Assembly (NCBI GenBank): GCA_965198235.1 | Contig: OZ240248.1 | Coordinates: 3,136,001 to 3,200,000, forward strand | Origin: Candidatus Poribacteria bacterium | GTDB taxonomy: Bacteria > Poribacteria > WGA-4E > WGA-3G | Length of the DNA stretch: 64,000 bases | Direction of reading: 5' to 3' | Shown here: positions 1-8,491 of the stretch, one piece after another | How the letters are laid out: each line of letters starts with the position of its first letter | Numbering within the stretch: position 1 is the stretch's first letter | The notes under the pieces: model-generated | Seen by the model: only the letters and a program-made list of their open reading frames with translations | What the model was told of the DNA's origin: nothing | The model's database searches: none | Program-made: the position numbers and the translations under genes

Positions 1-221
1 TGAAGTTTGTCGTGGATACACCTAAAGATTTAGCGGAGATCCAAGCGTTACAGACGGAGATTGATATTCCTGCCGAGACAATCCTTTTGATGCCGCAAGG
101 AACAACACCCGCCATGCTACAACAGAAACAGGAGTGGTTGGTGGATCTTTGCAAAGAGAACGGATATCGCTATTCCCCTCGTGTGCACGTGGATATATGG
201 GGCGATAAACGCGGTGTCTGA
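1..221 (+). CDS. queE: 7-carboxy-7-deazaguanine synthase QueE, C-terminal part (truncated by window edge)
   Basis: C-terminal ILLMPQG...YRYSPRVHVDIWGDKRGV is typical of QueE radical SAM proteins. Confidence 0.8.
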   Translation, partial: KFVVDTPKDLAEIQALQTEIDIPAETILLMPQGTTPAMLQQKQEWLVDLCKENGYRYSPRVHVDIWGDKRGV

Positions 222-249
222 CTTCTTACCTATTAATGTTTATTTTTCT

Positions 250-318
250 GTAGGAGCGAGCTCTGCTCGCGATCCTGACTGATAGCCGACAGCTGATGGT
301 TATTCTACTGACAGCCCA
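250..318 (+). repeat. GTAG-type REP hairpin followed by heptamer (CTGAYAG-like) short repeats
   Basis: GTAGGAGCGAGCTCTGCTCGCGAT, near-identical copy at 10197-10220; followed by ctgactgatagccgacagctgatgg. Confidence 0.7.
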
Positions 319-330
319 TGAGGGACGGAA

Positions 331-1446
331 ATGAATTATGATATTCTACTAAAAGGTGGCACTGTCATTGATGCCGCACAGAACTTGAATACAGTCTGCG
401 ATGTCGCAATTACTGGCGGTGTCATCGCGGCTATTGAACAGGATATTCCCGAAGGTGCAGCGACACAGACCATCAATGTTAAGGATAAATTCGTGACACC
501 CGGACTCGTTGATATCCACACGCATGTCTATTACGGTGTAACGACATGGGGCATCAGAGCCGACGGGGTTTGCCCAACAGCCGGAACGACCACCGTTGTC
601 GATGCTGGCAGCCCAAGTTGGGTGACATTCCCCGGCTTCCGTGAATTCATTGCTGAACCCGCGCAGACGAACATTCTCACCTATATCCACATCTCCGGGA
701 TTGGGCTTGTCTATGGACCTATCGGTGAAATGCACGATATAGCTTATGCCAACCCGGGACGCGTTGCGGAGACTTTACAAGCACATCGGGATATGACCGT
801 CGGTGTCAAGGTGCGTCAGGGTAAAATGCAGGTTGGCGATAACGGCGTTGAACCGCTGAAACTTGCCATTGAAGCCGCCGAACGCGCAGAAACGCCCGTC
901 ATGTGCCATATCGGTGCCGGCGTGCCGCTTCCTGACATTCTACGGTTACTGCGTCCGGGCGATGTTATTACCCACTGCTTCCAAGGCAACGGTGATAATA
1001 TTGTTGACGAGAAGGGGAGAGTGATTCCTGAAGCCTGGAAGGCTCGCGAAGATGGTATTATCTTTGATGTTGGGCACGGAGCAGGTAGTTTCCGTTATGA
1101 GATCGCACAACGCGCGATGGAACAAGGCTTCATCTCTGATGTTATCAGTACCGATCTCCACACGGGCAACATCAACGGACCCGTCTACGATTTACCGACC
1201 GTCCTATCGAAGTTGATGCACTTGGGACTCTCGCTTGAGGACGTGATTGAGAAGGCGACTTTCAGTGCCGCAAAGGCTATCCGGCGTGAGGAGCAACTCG
1301 GTCACCTGAAAGTTGGAACCGTCGCCGATGTCGCAGTCTTTGAAGTCCTGGACGGTGAATTTGAATTCTTTGACACACACGGCACTAAGTTTATCGGCAA
1401 TAAAAAATTGAAAGCGGCGTTGACAATACGTGAAGGAAAAGTTTAA
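331..1446 (+). CDS. amidohydrolase / dihydroorotase-like metallohydrolase
   Basis: PGLVDIHTH metal-binding motif, GTTTVVDAGS, DVGHG, ISTDLH. Confidence 0.85.
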   Translation: MNYDILLKGGTVIDAAQNLNTVCDVAITGGVIAAIEQDIPEGAATQTINVKDKFVTPGLVDIHTHVYYGVTTWGIRADGVCPTAGTTTVVDAGSPSWVTFPGFREFIAEPAQTNILTYIHISGIGLVYGPIGEMHDIAYANPGRVAETLQAHRDMTVGVKVRQGKMQVGDNGVEPLKLAIEAAERAETPVMCHIGAGVPLPDILRLLRPGDVITHCFQGNGDNIVDEKGRVIPEAWKAREDGIIFDVGHGAGSFRYEIAQRAMEQGFISDVISTDLHTGNINGPVYDLPTVLSKLMHLGLSLEDVIEKATFSAAKAIRREEQLGHLKVGTVADVAVFEVLDGEFEFFDTHGTKFIGNKKLKAALTIREGKV

Positions 1447-1454
1447 ATACAAAC

Positions 1455-1856
1455 ATGGCGAGTACGAACAAAAAACTAAGCGGGTGTTATAGACGGGTAC
1501 TGACTTTCGTGTTAGCGATTGTGGCTGTCGGTTTAATCGCGGGTGGCGTGATTTACCGCCGAGTCGGCGGTCCTGAAGGCGGACGCTATTGGATGGCAGA
1601 ACGTGCACTGAGCGGTGTAGAAAAGCATCTTAAGTCAAAAAATCGGCCCGATGGTATCTCAGAAGATCAGGTCATTGCAGTCTTTGCGAACGTGCGCGAG
1701 GCAGTCAAGAAACGGAAAGTTGACCTAACATCCCTTTACAGGGTGCTGAAATTGTATCAGACCGAGTTTCATACCACAAAACCCTCGACTCCTGAAGTAC
1801 AAGTGTTTCTTATCGAACTTGAGAGGACAATTCTTAAGGATACAATTAAAGAGTGA
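1455..1856 (+). CDS. hypothetical membrane-anchored protein
   Basis: 133-aa ORF immediately after the amidohydrolase, one N-terminal hydrophobic helix. Confidence 0.6.
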   Translation: MASTNKKLSGCYRRVLTFVLAIVAVGLIAGGVIYRRVGGPEGGRYWMAERALSGVEKHLKSKNRPDGISEDQVIAVFANVREAVKKRKVDLTSLYRVLKLYQTEFHTTKPSTPEVQVFLIELERTILKDTIKE

Positions 1857-1934
1857 TGCTTAACACCACCTACGTCCACACCTAAGTGAATTTTCCCAAC
1901 GCCGCGGCTCTTAGATGGACGACGTGCCTTTCTT

Positions 1935-2010
1935 CGCTGGCGGGGTTTCCTGGGGAAATCCGCAGAAATACCTCGCCTACTGATAACTGACGACTGAACA
2001 CTGAAAACTC
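1935..2010. repeat. REP hairpin with C/A-module-expanded loop plus heptamer repeats
   Basis: cgctggcggggtttcc-tggggaaatccgcagaaata-cctcgcctac followed by ctgataactgacgactgaacactgaaaact. Confidence 0.7.
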
Positions 2011-2014
2011 AGAT

Positions 2015-3076
2015 TTATGCACCACCCTCGCGTTGATTGGCAATCATCTCTCGAATTTGAGTTGTGTGAACGTCGTCGCTCAGATCCGTATGAGTAACCT
2101 GCCTAAGTGCCCTTTGATATCTCACCTTGGGATCACCCCATGCCTTGAGGAGTGTTCTGCCTCCGGAGGCTTCCGGTTGTGCCACTGCCCGTAAAATTTG
2201 ATGAATAACCGAGAGGTAAAAGAGGAGATGATGACTATCAACACGTGCCGCGATCTCCGCAGGTGAACAGGTTTCACGGTGAGAGGTAACCCACTCCGTA
2301 TAAGCGTCGACCAATTCTCGATTTAACAGTGAGACGAAGTTTGCCCCTTCCTGGTTTGCCCCGATACTATTAAAAAATTGGACCAACCGCCGTTCCTGCC
2401 AATCCCAACCAACACTCGAAAAGTCAATTAAAAAAGGGATTTCATCGGAAATCACGATGTTCCGGCACTGATAGTCGAGACTATCGAGTGTCGGCGGTGC
2501 CGTTCGGAGTCGGTTCAAAAGAGCAGTCCATGCCGCATCAAGATGTGCCGTTTGTGATGAGGTCATAGAGTTACCGAGATAACTGAGTGTTTTTCTGCCG
2601 TGTTCAAGGAAACGGTTCAGGGTAATGTCCAGATCATAACGAAAGACGTACGGCGTAAGAAGTTCCGTGTTTTCTGCGAAAACGGTTTCAATCCGGCAGA
2701 GTTCCATAAGTGCGGTCCGCAAAATCGGTTTGAGAGTAGATACCGGTCTGCTTTGTGCCATGGCATCGAGCGTCAATTCGCCGCACCATTCCAACAATAG
2801 GACATGAGAGCCTTCCGATTTCCAAATAATTTTCGGGACACGACACGCATTGCGATGTAATATTGACAGGACGGTGGACTCAATTTGACAAGGGGTATAG
2901 CCGGCGTTAACAACCGGTGTGGTGATGTCGTGTTGTTTGAGCAGGTAGCTCACAGAACCGAGTTTTAGACGACAGACATTGTGTTTTTGCTGACTGCCAT
3001 GCTGAATCGGTTCAAGTTTCAGAGCATCTACCTCTGTTTTGAAATGCGCTGCGATCTGTTCAATAAGATGTTTCAT
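2015..3076 (-). CDS. aminoglycoside/choline-kinase-like phosphotransferase (APH family)
   Basis: YLLKQ, LLLEWCG, DYQCRNIV and FLIDF kinase-like motifs; AGGAGAG RBS upstream. Confidence 0.65.
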   Translation of the reverse strand: MKHLIEQIAAHFKTEVDALKLEPIQHGSQQKHNVCRLKLGSVSYLLKQHDITTPVVNAGYTPCQIESTVLSILHRNACRVPKIIWKSEGSHVLLLEWCGELTLDAMAQSRPVSTLKPILRTALMELCRIETVFAENTELLTPYVFRYDLDITLNRFLEHGRKTLSYLGNSMTSSQTAHLDAAWTALLNRLRTAPPTLDSLDYQCRNIVISDEIPFLIDFSSVGWDWQERRLVQFFNSIGANQEGANFVSLLNRELVDAYTEWVTSHRETCSPAEIAARVDSHHLLFYLSVIHQILRAVAQPEASGGRTLLKAWGDPKVRYQRALRQVTHTDLSDDVHTTQIREMIANQREGGA

Positions 3077-3131
3077 CTTTGTCTCTCCTGTTGTTTTATA
3101 TCACAGAACCCGTCCCGAATCTACAATTTTC

Positions 3132-3191
3132 TTGACATCAGTTAAGACGTGTGTTATAAATACTTGAAATTCAATCGTTTCTGTGGTAAAA
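3132..3191 (+). promoter_or_regulatory. tandem sigma70 promoters for the rpsB operon
   Basis: TTGACA-17 nt-TATAAA (3132-3160) and TTGAAA...TGTGG-TAAAAT (about 3164-3192). Confidence 0.6.
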
Positions 3192-3249
3192 TATTTACAT
3201 CAACTCTGATGAAAAACGTTCATCGGGAGTTACACAATCAATACTGGAT

Positions 3250-3373
3250 ACGACACACCTCTCGATCTGCACAGTGGGTTCTCTCGTGTTGAGAGTCTGA
3301 TGCAGATGTGAAGGAGGTGGACGCGAAAACCCGGTAGGGGCGGCGTTGCCCCTGCAAACTTAGGAGGTTTTTT
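3250..3373 (+). promoter_or_regulatory. structured rpsB 5' leader (putative S2 autoregulatory RNA)
   Basis: Nested stems ATCTGCA/TGCAGAT and CTCTC/GAGAG, CACAC and GGAGG motifs, then AGGAGG RBS before the TTG start. Confidence 0.5.
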
Positions 3374-4279
3374 TTGGCAGTTACAATGAAAGAACTCCTT
3401 GAATGTGGAGTTCACTTCGGACATCAAACCCGTCGTTGGAATCCGAAGATGGCAGAGTACATCTTCGCTGAACGAAACGGGATTTATATTATTGATTTGC
3501 AAAAGACGCTACGAATGCTTGAAACCGCCGTTGATTTCGTTGCAGAAATCGCGTCGAAGGGTGGTGGCGTATTATTTGTCGGCACGAAACGGCAATCCCA
3601 AGAAGCCGTGCGAGGCGAGGCGGTTCGGTCTAGCATGTACCACGTAAATCATCGGTGGCTCGGCGGTATGCTGACGAATTTCCAAACCATCCGTCGGAGC
3701 GTCAACCGGTTGGATAAACTGGATGCTGATGAAGTCAACGGGATTTTTGATCAGATGCCCAAAAAAGAAGTAATGCGTCTGAGACGTGAGAAAGGCAAAC
3801 TCGACAACAACCTTAGTGGAGTTAGAGAGATGAAGAAGCTCCCTGAAGTCGTCATTGTTACCGACACGCGGAAAGAGCATACAGCTATCGCAGAGGCAAA
3901 CAAACTCGGCATTCCAATCATCGCTATCGTTGATACCAACTGCGATCCTGATCCGATTGACTTGCCGGTTCCGGGTAACGATGACGCTATCCGTTCGATT
4001 CGTCTCATCTGCACTGTCTTAGCCGATGCAGTCATTAATGGCAGAGGAGATGCCTTGGAAGGCGCAGAGGTCGCAACGGAAACAGAGCAGCCCAAAAAGG
4101 CTGTGGCACAGGTAGATGCTATAATTGAAGTGGAAAAGCACGAGGAAGAAAGTGCCGCGATTCTGGAACAAGCGCAACTGTCCGCAGAGCCAGAGGCGAT
4201 TGGCGATGGGGAACAGCGTCAGACACGGGCGCCACGTCAACGACGGAGGGGAAGGGCACCTCGGCGACAGCCTCAATAA
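3374..4279 (+). CDS. rpsB: 30S ribosomal protein S2
   Basis: [34 protein letters not shown]; TTG start with RBS. Confidence 0.98.
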   Translation: MAVTMKELLECGVHFGHQTRRWNPKMAEYIFAERNGIYIIDLQKTLRMLETAVDFVAEIASKGGGVLFVGTKRQSQEAVRGEAVRSSMYHVNHRWLGGMLTNFQTIRRSVNRLDKLDADEVNGIFDQMPKKEVMRLRREKGKLDNNLSGVREMKKLPEVVIVTDTRKEHTAIAEANKLGIPIIAIVDTNCDPDPIDLPVPGNDDAIRSIRLICTVLADAVINGRGDALEGAEVATETEQPKKAVAQVDAIIEVEKHEEESAAILEQAQLSAEPEAIGDGEQRQTRAPRQRRRGRAPRRQPQ

Positions 4280-4294
4280 ATTTCTATGAAGCAA

Positions 4295-4480
4295 AGATAG
4301 CCGTCAGCAGTCAGGGCGTTCGCTACCCTCACTCTCAGCGGTCAGACTTCGGCAATCAGCCTTCGGTAAGAGAATCTGGGGACAGGTAGGTAGTATCTGT
4401 CTCCCACAACTGCTGAAGGTTTCCGATACGCTGATTGCTGAAAGTGAACGAAGTGAGCGTGCTGACAGCCGATAGCTAAA
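4295..4480. repeat. intergenic heptamer/REP repeat cluster
   Basis: gatagccgtcagcagtcag, gctgattgctg, gctgacagccgatagct; same units at 275-318, 10180-10270 and 53077-53175. Confidence 0.55.
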
Positions 4481-4501
4481 GATAAAATAAGAGGAGGATA
4501 A

Positions 4502-5095
4502 ATGGCAATTACAGCAAAGCTTGTTAGCGACCTCCGTTCGCGCACGGGGGCAGGGATTATGGACTGCAAAAAGGCGCTAACAGAGACGAACGGAAATATT
4601 GACGAAGCGATTCAGAAATTACGGGAGCAGGGATTGAAAGCTTCCGAGATCAAAGGCGGTAGACCGGCAGAAGAAGGATTGATTGTTTCCTATATCCATC
4701 CCGGTAGCCGTGTCGGTACGTTAGTCGAACTGAATTGCGAAACCGATTTCGTCGCACGAACGGAGCCATTCCAAAAGTTGGCGAAAGAGATCGCGATGCA
4801 GGTCGCAGCCGCAAAACCGAAATATATTAAATCGGAAGATGTACCTGCCGAAGATCTTGAAGCAGAGAAAACGATTCTGAAAGCACAAGCCGAGCAGGAG
4901 GGTAAACCTGCCCACATCGCTGAACGGATTGTTGAAGGCCGAATCTCTAAATACTATACGGAGACCTGTCTTCTACAGCAGCCTTATATCCGAGATTCAG
5001 ACAAAACCGTCGATACCCTCGTAAAGGACGCAATCGCCCAATTGGGTGAGAACATTGTCGTCAAACGTTTTGTGCTCTATGTACTTGGACAGTAG
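4502..5095 (+). CDS. tsf: elongation factor Ts (short form)
   Basis: LRSRTGAGIMDCKKAL, ELNCETDFVA; GAGGAGG RBS. Confidence 0.98.
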   Translation: MAITAKLVSDLRSRTGAGIMDCKKALTETNGNIDEAIQKLREQGLKASEIKGGRPAEEGLIVSYIHPGSRVGTLVELNCETDFVARTEPFQKLAKEIAMQVAAAKPKYIKSEDVPAEDLEAEKTILKAQAEQEGKPAHIAERIVEGRISKYYTETCLLQQPYIRDSDKTVDTLVKDAIAQLGENIVVKRFVLYVLGQ

Positions 5096-5173
5096 AGGTC
5101 CAGGAGCATTTATGGTGAATTGTCAAAATATATAGAATTTCAGTCGGTAGGGGTCTAACATATACTTCTCCTC

Positions 5174-5285
5174 CGCTGGCGAGGTTTCATGAGGTTTCAG
5201 AAAATATTTCATTAATTCTATCCCAAAAAATCACTGTAGGGGGGTTTTGCTTGGGGGTTTCCCCAAGTCTTGTGCCTGCCCACAC
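5174..5285. repeat. REP hairpins with modular inserts (occupying the usual pyrH position)
   Basis: cgctggcgaggtttc and gtagggggg-ttttgcttgggggtttccc-caagtcttgtgcctgccc, matching 8419-8464 and 16626-16650. Confidence 0.7.
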
Positions 5286-5483
5286 ATTACTATGGTTTGG
5301 TGGCTTGTGTATGGATTACACTCATAGTTTCGAGTTCGAGGCTACGAGTTGACTGAAGGATACTAACTGAAAAGGTAAAAGCACTTCTTCCATCGCGACC
5401 CTTGCAGCCAACTGTTATGGGACCCTCGTGGGTTCTTTGTATTGTTGCATAGGCGTTCGCGATGTCTCATAGGGAAAAATCAG

Positions 5484-6071
5484 ATGCAACAACAAATTCT
5501 TCAACAGACTGAGTCCCGGATGAAGAAGACAGTCGAAGCAACAGTAGCGAAATTGTCGCATGTGCAAACAGGGCGTGCTACACCGGCACTCTTGGATCAG
5601 GTTAGCGTTACTTATTACGGTAGCAAAAGTCCGCTGAGTCAGGTCGGCACGATTACCACCCCTGAGCCCCGGCTGCTTGTCATTCAACCTTGGGACAAAA
5701 CGCTAATTACAGAAATTGAGAAAGCAATCGCTCACTCGGATTTGGGACTCTCAACGAGCAATGACGGAAACGTTATCCGAATCCAAGTTCCCGAACTCAC
5801 ATTGGAGCGCAGGACCGAGCTAACGAAGGTCGTACGTAAACTTGCCGAAGAGGGTAAGGTCGCAATTCGGAATATCCGCCGCGATGCCAACGAAGCCGTT
5901 AAAAAAGGTGACGGTAGCGATACGAGTGGCAGCGGTAAAAGCAGAGGTCGTGGTGGTGATAAGAAGCGTGGAAAAGCGAGCGCGGATCCCGTTCAGCAGC
6001 TTACGGATAGGTACATCGACCAGATTAACGAGTTGACGGAGGCGAAAGAATCCGATTTATTAGAAACTTAG
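5484..6071 (+). CDS. frr: ribosome recycling factor
   Basis: TGRATPALLD, QPWDK, VAIRNIRRDAN; start placed at ATG 5484. Confidence 0.95.
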   Translation: MQQQILQQTESRMKKTVEATVAKLSHVQTGRATPALLDQVSVTYYGSKSPLSQVGTITTPEPRLLVIQPWDKTLITEIEKAIAHSDLGLSTSNDGNVIRIQVPELTLERRTELTKVVRKLAEEGKVAIRNIRRDANEAVKKGDGSDTSGSGKSRGRGGDKKRGKASADPVQQLTDRYIDQINELTEAKESDLLET

Positions 6072-6150
6072 ATTGCGGTGGCTATAATGATACGCGTGAT
6101 CATTCCTTGTGCGCGGTGTAGGGGACCTTCTTAAAAAAAGCGTATAAGTT

Positions 6151-6226
6151 CCCAGTCGCGTCGGAATTAATCGGAAACCATCATGTTTCGTAGAAATATG
6201 ATGCGCGGAGGCCCCATAGTTAAAAA
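6151..6226 (+). repeat. MITE-like terminal arm abutting the cdsA start
   Basis: cccagtcgcgtcggaattaa...ccatagttaaaaa immediately before ATG. Confidence 0.7.
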
Positions 6227-7057
6227 ATGTTTTGGCGGCGAGCCTTGAGTGTGGTTGTGCTGGTACCGTTAGTCCTCCTAATTGTTTATACGGGGGATTG
6301 GCTCTACCTGATACTTGTATCTGTCGCCGTGGTGATGATGCAAGTCGAGTACTGTCGTTTAGCACAGCACTTCACGGAAAAATTGAATCCAGTGATACCG
6401 GCACTCTTGACAGGTGTGTTCTGTTTATTCGCGTATTTTTTGCCTGCACTTACACAGACAGCGTCTGCCTCGACGGTAATATTCAGTTACTTTACCTTCG
6501 TATTCATTTATATTTTCGCAGAAAGTATTTTTAGGGCGAAGGTCGCCGGTGAATTGCTCGCTGTCACGCTGAAGCTAACCGGTATTTTAACGATCGGTTG
6601 GGCATTAGGCTACCATCTCATCTTGCTCCGAAATGCGGAACCAATCGGTAGGCAACTTATTTTCCTATTGGCTGGAATCATTTGGTGTAGCGATACCGGC
6701 GCGTATCTTGTTGGCAGAGCGTTCGGTAAACACAAACTCGGCACGCCAGTCAGTCCACGAAAGACGATTGAGGGGACTATTGGTGGATTGGTTGTAGGCA
6801 CTTTGACGAGTTTCCTGCTGAGTGCAATCCTTCTCAAAGGAACGCTCTCTTGGGGGAACGCCGTCTTTATTGGACTCCTACTGAGCGTTTTGGGACAACT
6901 TGGAGATCTCAGTGCCTCTCTGATGAAGCGAACTGCTGGTGTTAAGGACTCCGGACACGTTATCCCTGGACACGGTGGATTCATTGATAGGTGCGACAGC
7001 CTAATTTTTAGCACACCCGTGCTCTATTACTATCTGGCATTGACGGGACACTTTTAA
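6227..7057 (+). CDS. cdsA: phosphatidate cytidylyltransferase
   Basis: SDTGAYLVG, SPRKTIEG, GDLSASLMKR..GVKDSG..IPGHGGFIDRCDS. Confidence 0.95.
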   Translation: MFWRRALSVVVLVPLVLLIVYTGDWLYLILVSVAVVMMQVEYCRLAQHFTEKLNPVIPALLTGVFCLFAYFLPALTQTASASTVIFSYFTFVFIYIFAESIFRAKVAGELLAVTLKLTGILTIGWALGYHLILLRNAEPIGRQLIFLLAGIIWCSDTGAYLVGRAFGKHKLGTPVSPRKTIEGTIGGLVVGTLTSFLLSAILLKGTLSWGNAVFIGLLLSVLGQLGDLSASLMKRTAGVKDSGHVIPGHGGFIDRCDSLIFSTPVLYYYLALTGHF

Positions 7058-7237
7058 ACTATTAACTCTGGGCGTTGTTCCACTTCGTTTCACAACGGTT
7101 TTTGGTGAAGTCTAACCGTCTCTGGATGATGAGCGGATAAAAAGTCTTAAAAACTGTACATTTCCCCGGTCGCGTTGGAATTAACCAGACACCATCGTGG
7201 AACGATGTCCAGGGACCCATAGTTAAAAGTTAAAAAA
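7052..7237. mobile_element. MITE-like element with ~60-bp imperfect terminal inverted repeats filling the cdsA-dxr spacer
   Basis: Left arm TTTTAAACTATTAACTCTGGGCGTTGTTCCAC...TGGTGAAGTC; right arm reads TTTTAACTATGGGTCCCTGGACATCGTTCCACGATGGTGTCTGGTTAATTCC on the reverse strand. Confidence 0.65.
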
Positions 7238-8398
7238 ATGAAGCACATCGTCATACTTGGTAGCACGGGTTCTATTGGGAAGAATACCCTCAGCGTTGTT
7301 GAAACGCATGCTGACGAATTTAAGGTAGTCGGTCTCGCAGCGAACCGGGATGTTGATACCCTTGAACAACAGATTCGGCGGTATCGTCCTGCGTTGGTGG
7401 CTTTAAATGAACCCAAAGCAGCGGCACAACTCCGAGAACGAATCCGAGATCTCAACTGCACACAAGTGCTCGCTGGCACCGAGGGGCTTGAAGCCGTAGC
7501 GACGATGCCGCAAGCGTCCCAAGTCCTGGATGGAATGGGCGGGAGTGCAGGTTTGCTACCGACTTTGGCAGCGATTAACGCCGGCAAGGACATCGCTTTT
7601 GTAAATAAAGAGGTAATGGTGATGGCAGGACCTCTTGTTAATGCGGCTGTCCAAAAGAACGGTGTTAATTTGATACCGATAGATGGTGAAATGAGTGCCA
7701 TTTTCCAATGCTTGGAGGGCACACGCGACCAGCAGACAGATATCCATCGACTCCTGATTACTGCGTCAGGAGGACCGTTCCGAGAGGTGCCGAAAGAGAC
7801 ACTCTATTCCGTCACACCACAGCAAGCACTCCGGCACCCAAATTGGAAGATGGGACAGAAAATAACAATCGACTCCGCAACAATGATGAACAAAGGACTG
7901 GAGGTCATTGAGGCGAAATGGTTGTTTGATATAGAACTCTCGAAGATTGACATCGTCGTTCATCCGGAGAGTATTGTCCATTCTATGGTGGAATGGACAG
8001 ATGGCTCCACACTCGCACAACTGGGACCCACAGATATGCGTATTATGATCCAATACGCTTTAACCTATCCCCGTAGACTCTCAACACCAGTGCCACGTTT
8101 GGATTTGATGGAGGCACGCACACTACACTTTGAACCGGTTGACTTTGAGAAATTTCCATGCCTCTCACTGGCGTATACCGCCGCAGAAGTCGGGGGCACA
8201 CTCCCTGTAGTGCTCAGTAGCGCAGATGAGGTGGTCGTAGCGGCTTTTCTTGATACATGCATCGGATTTATGGATATTCCCGCGATCCTCGCGCGTGTGA
8301 TGGATGAGCATGAGGTGATCACTGACCCAACACTTTCGGATATCCTTGAGGTTGACCGGTGGGCAAAATCAACAGCACATTCAATAATAAAAAAATAA
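7238..8398 (+). CDS. dxr: 1-deoxy-D-xylulose 5-phosphate reductoisomerase
   Basis: LGSTGSIG, TASGGPF, HPNWKMGQKITIDSATMMNKGLEVIEA. Confidence 0.97.
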   Translation: MKHIVILGSTGSIGKNTLSVVETHADEFKVVGLAANRDVDTLEQQIRRYRPALVALNEPKAAAQLRERIRDLNCTQVLAGTEGLEAVATMPQASQVLDGMGGSAGLLPTLAAINAGKDIAFVNKEVMVMAGPLVNAAVQKNGVNLIPIDGEMSAIFQCLEGTRDQQTDIHRLLITASGGPFREVPKETLYSVTPQQALRHPNWKMGQKITIDSATMMNKGLEVIEAKWLFDIELSKIDIVVHPESIVHSMVEWTDGSTLAQLGPTDMRIMIQYALTYPRRLSTPVPRLDLMEARTLHFEPVDFEKFPCLSLAYTAAEVGGTLPVVLSSADEVVVAAFLDTCIGFMDIPAILARVMDEHEVITDPTLSDILEVDRWAKSTAHSIIKK

Positions 8399-8418
8399 CA
8401 CACGATCTAATAAACTTT

Positions 8419-8464
8419 GTAGGGGGTTTTTGCTTGGGTATTTTCCCAGGTCTTGTGCCTGCCC
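8419..8464. repeat. GTAG REP with modular insert
   Basis: gtagggg-gtttttgcttgggtattttcc-caggtcttgtgcctgccc versus the unexpanded gtaggggcaggtcttgtgcctgccc at 16626. Confidence 0.75.
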
Positions 8465-8491
8465 ATAATAAAAAAAGAGGTAATAAACATC

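Noticed and set aside
5096-5483. pyrH pseudogene remnant
   Set aside because: I could not see UMP-kinase motifs (KLSGE, GGGN) in this spacer; it is mostly repeat sequence.
7052-7237. Integron attC sites as the explanation for gene-flanking repeats
   Set aside because: No RYYYAAC/GTTRRRY boxes or integrase; the flanked genes are core housekeeping genes and the repeat has terminal inverted arms.
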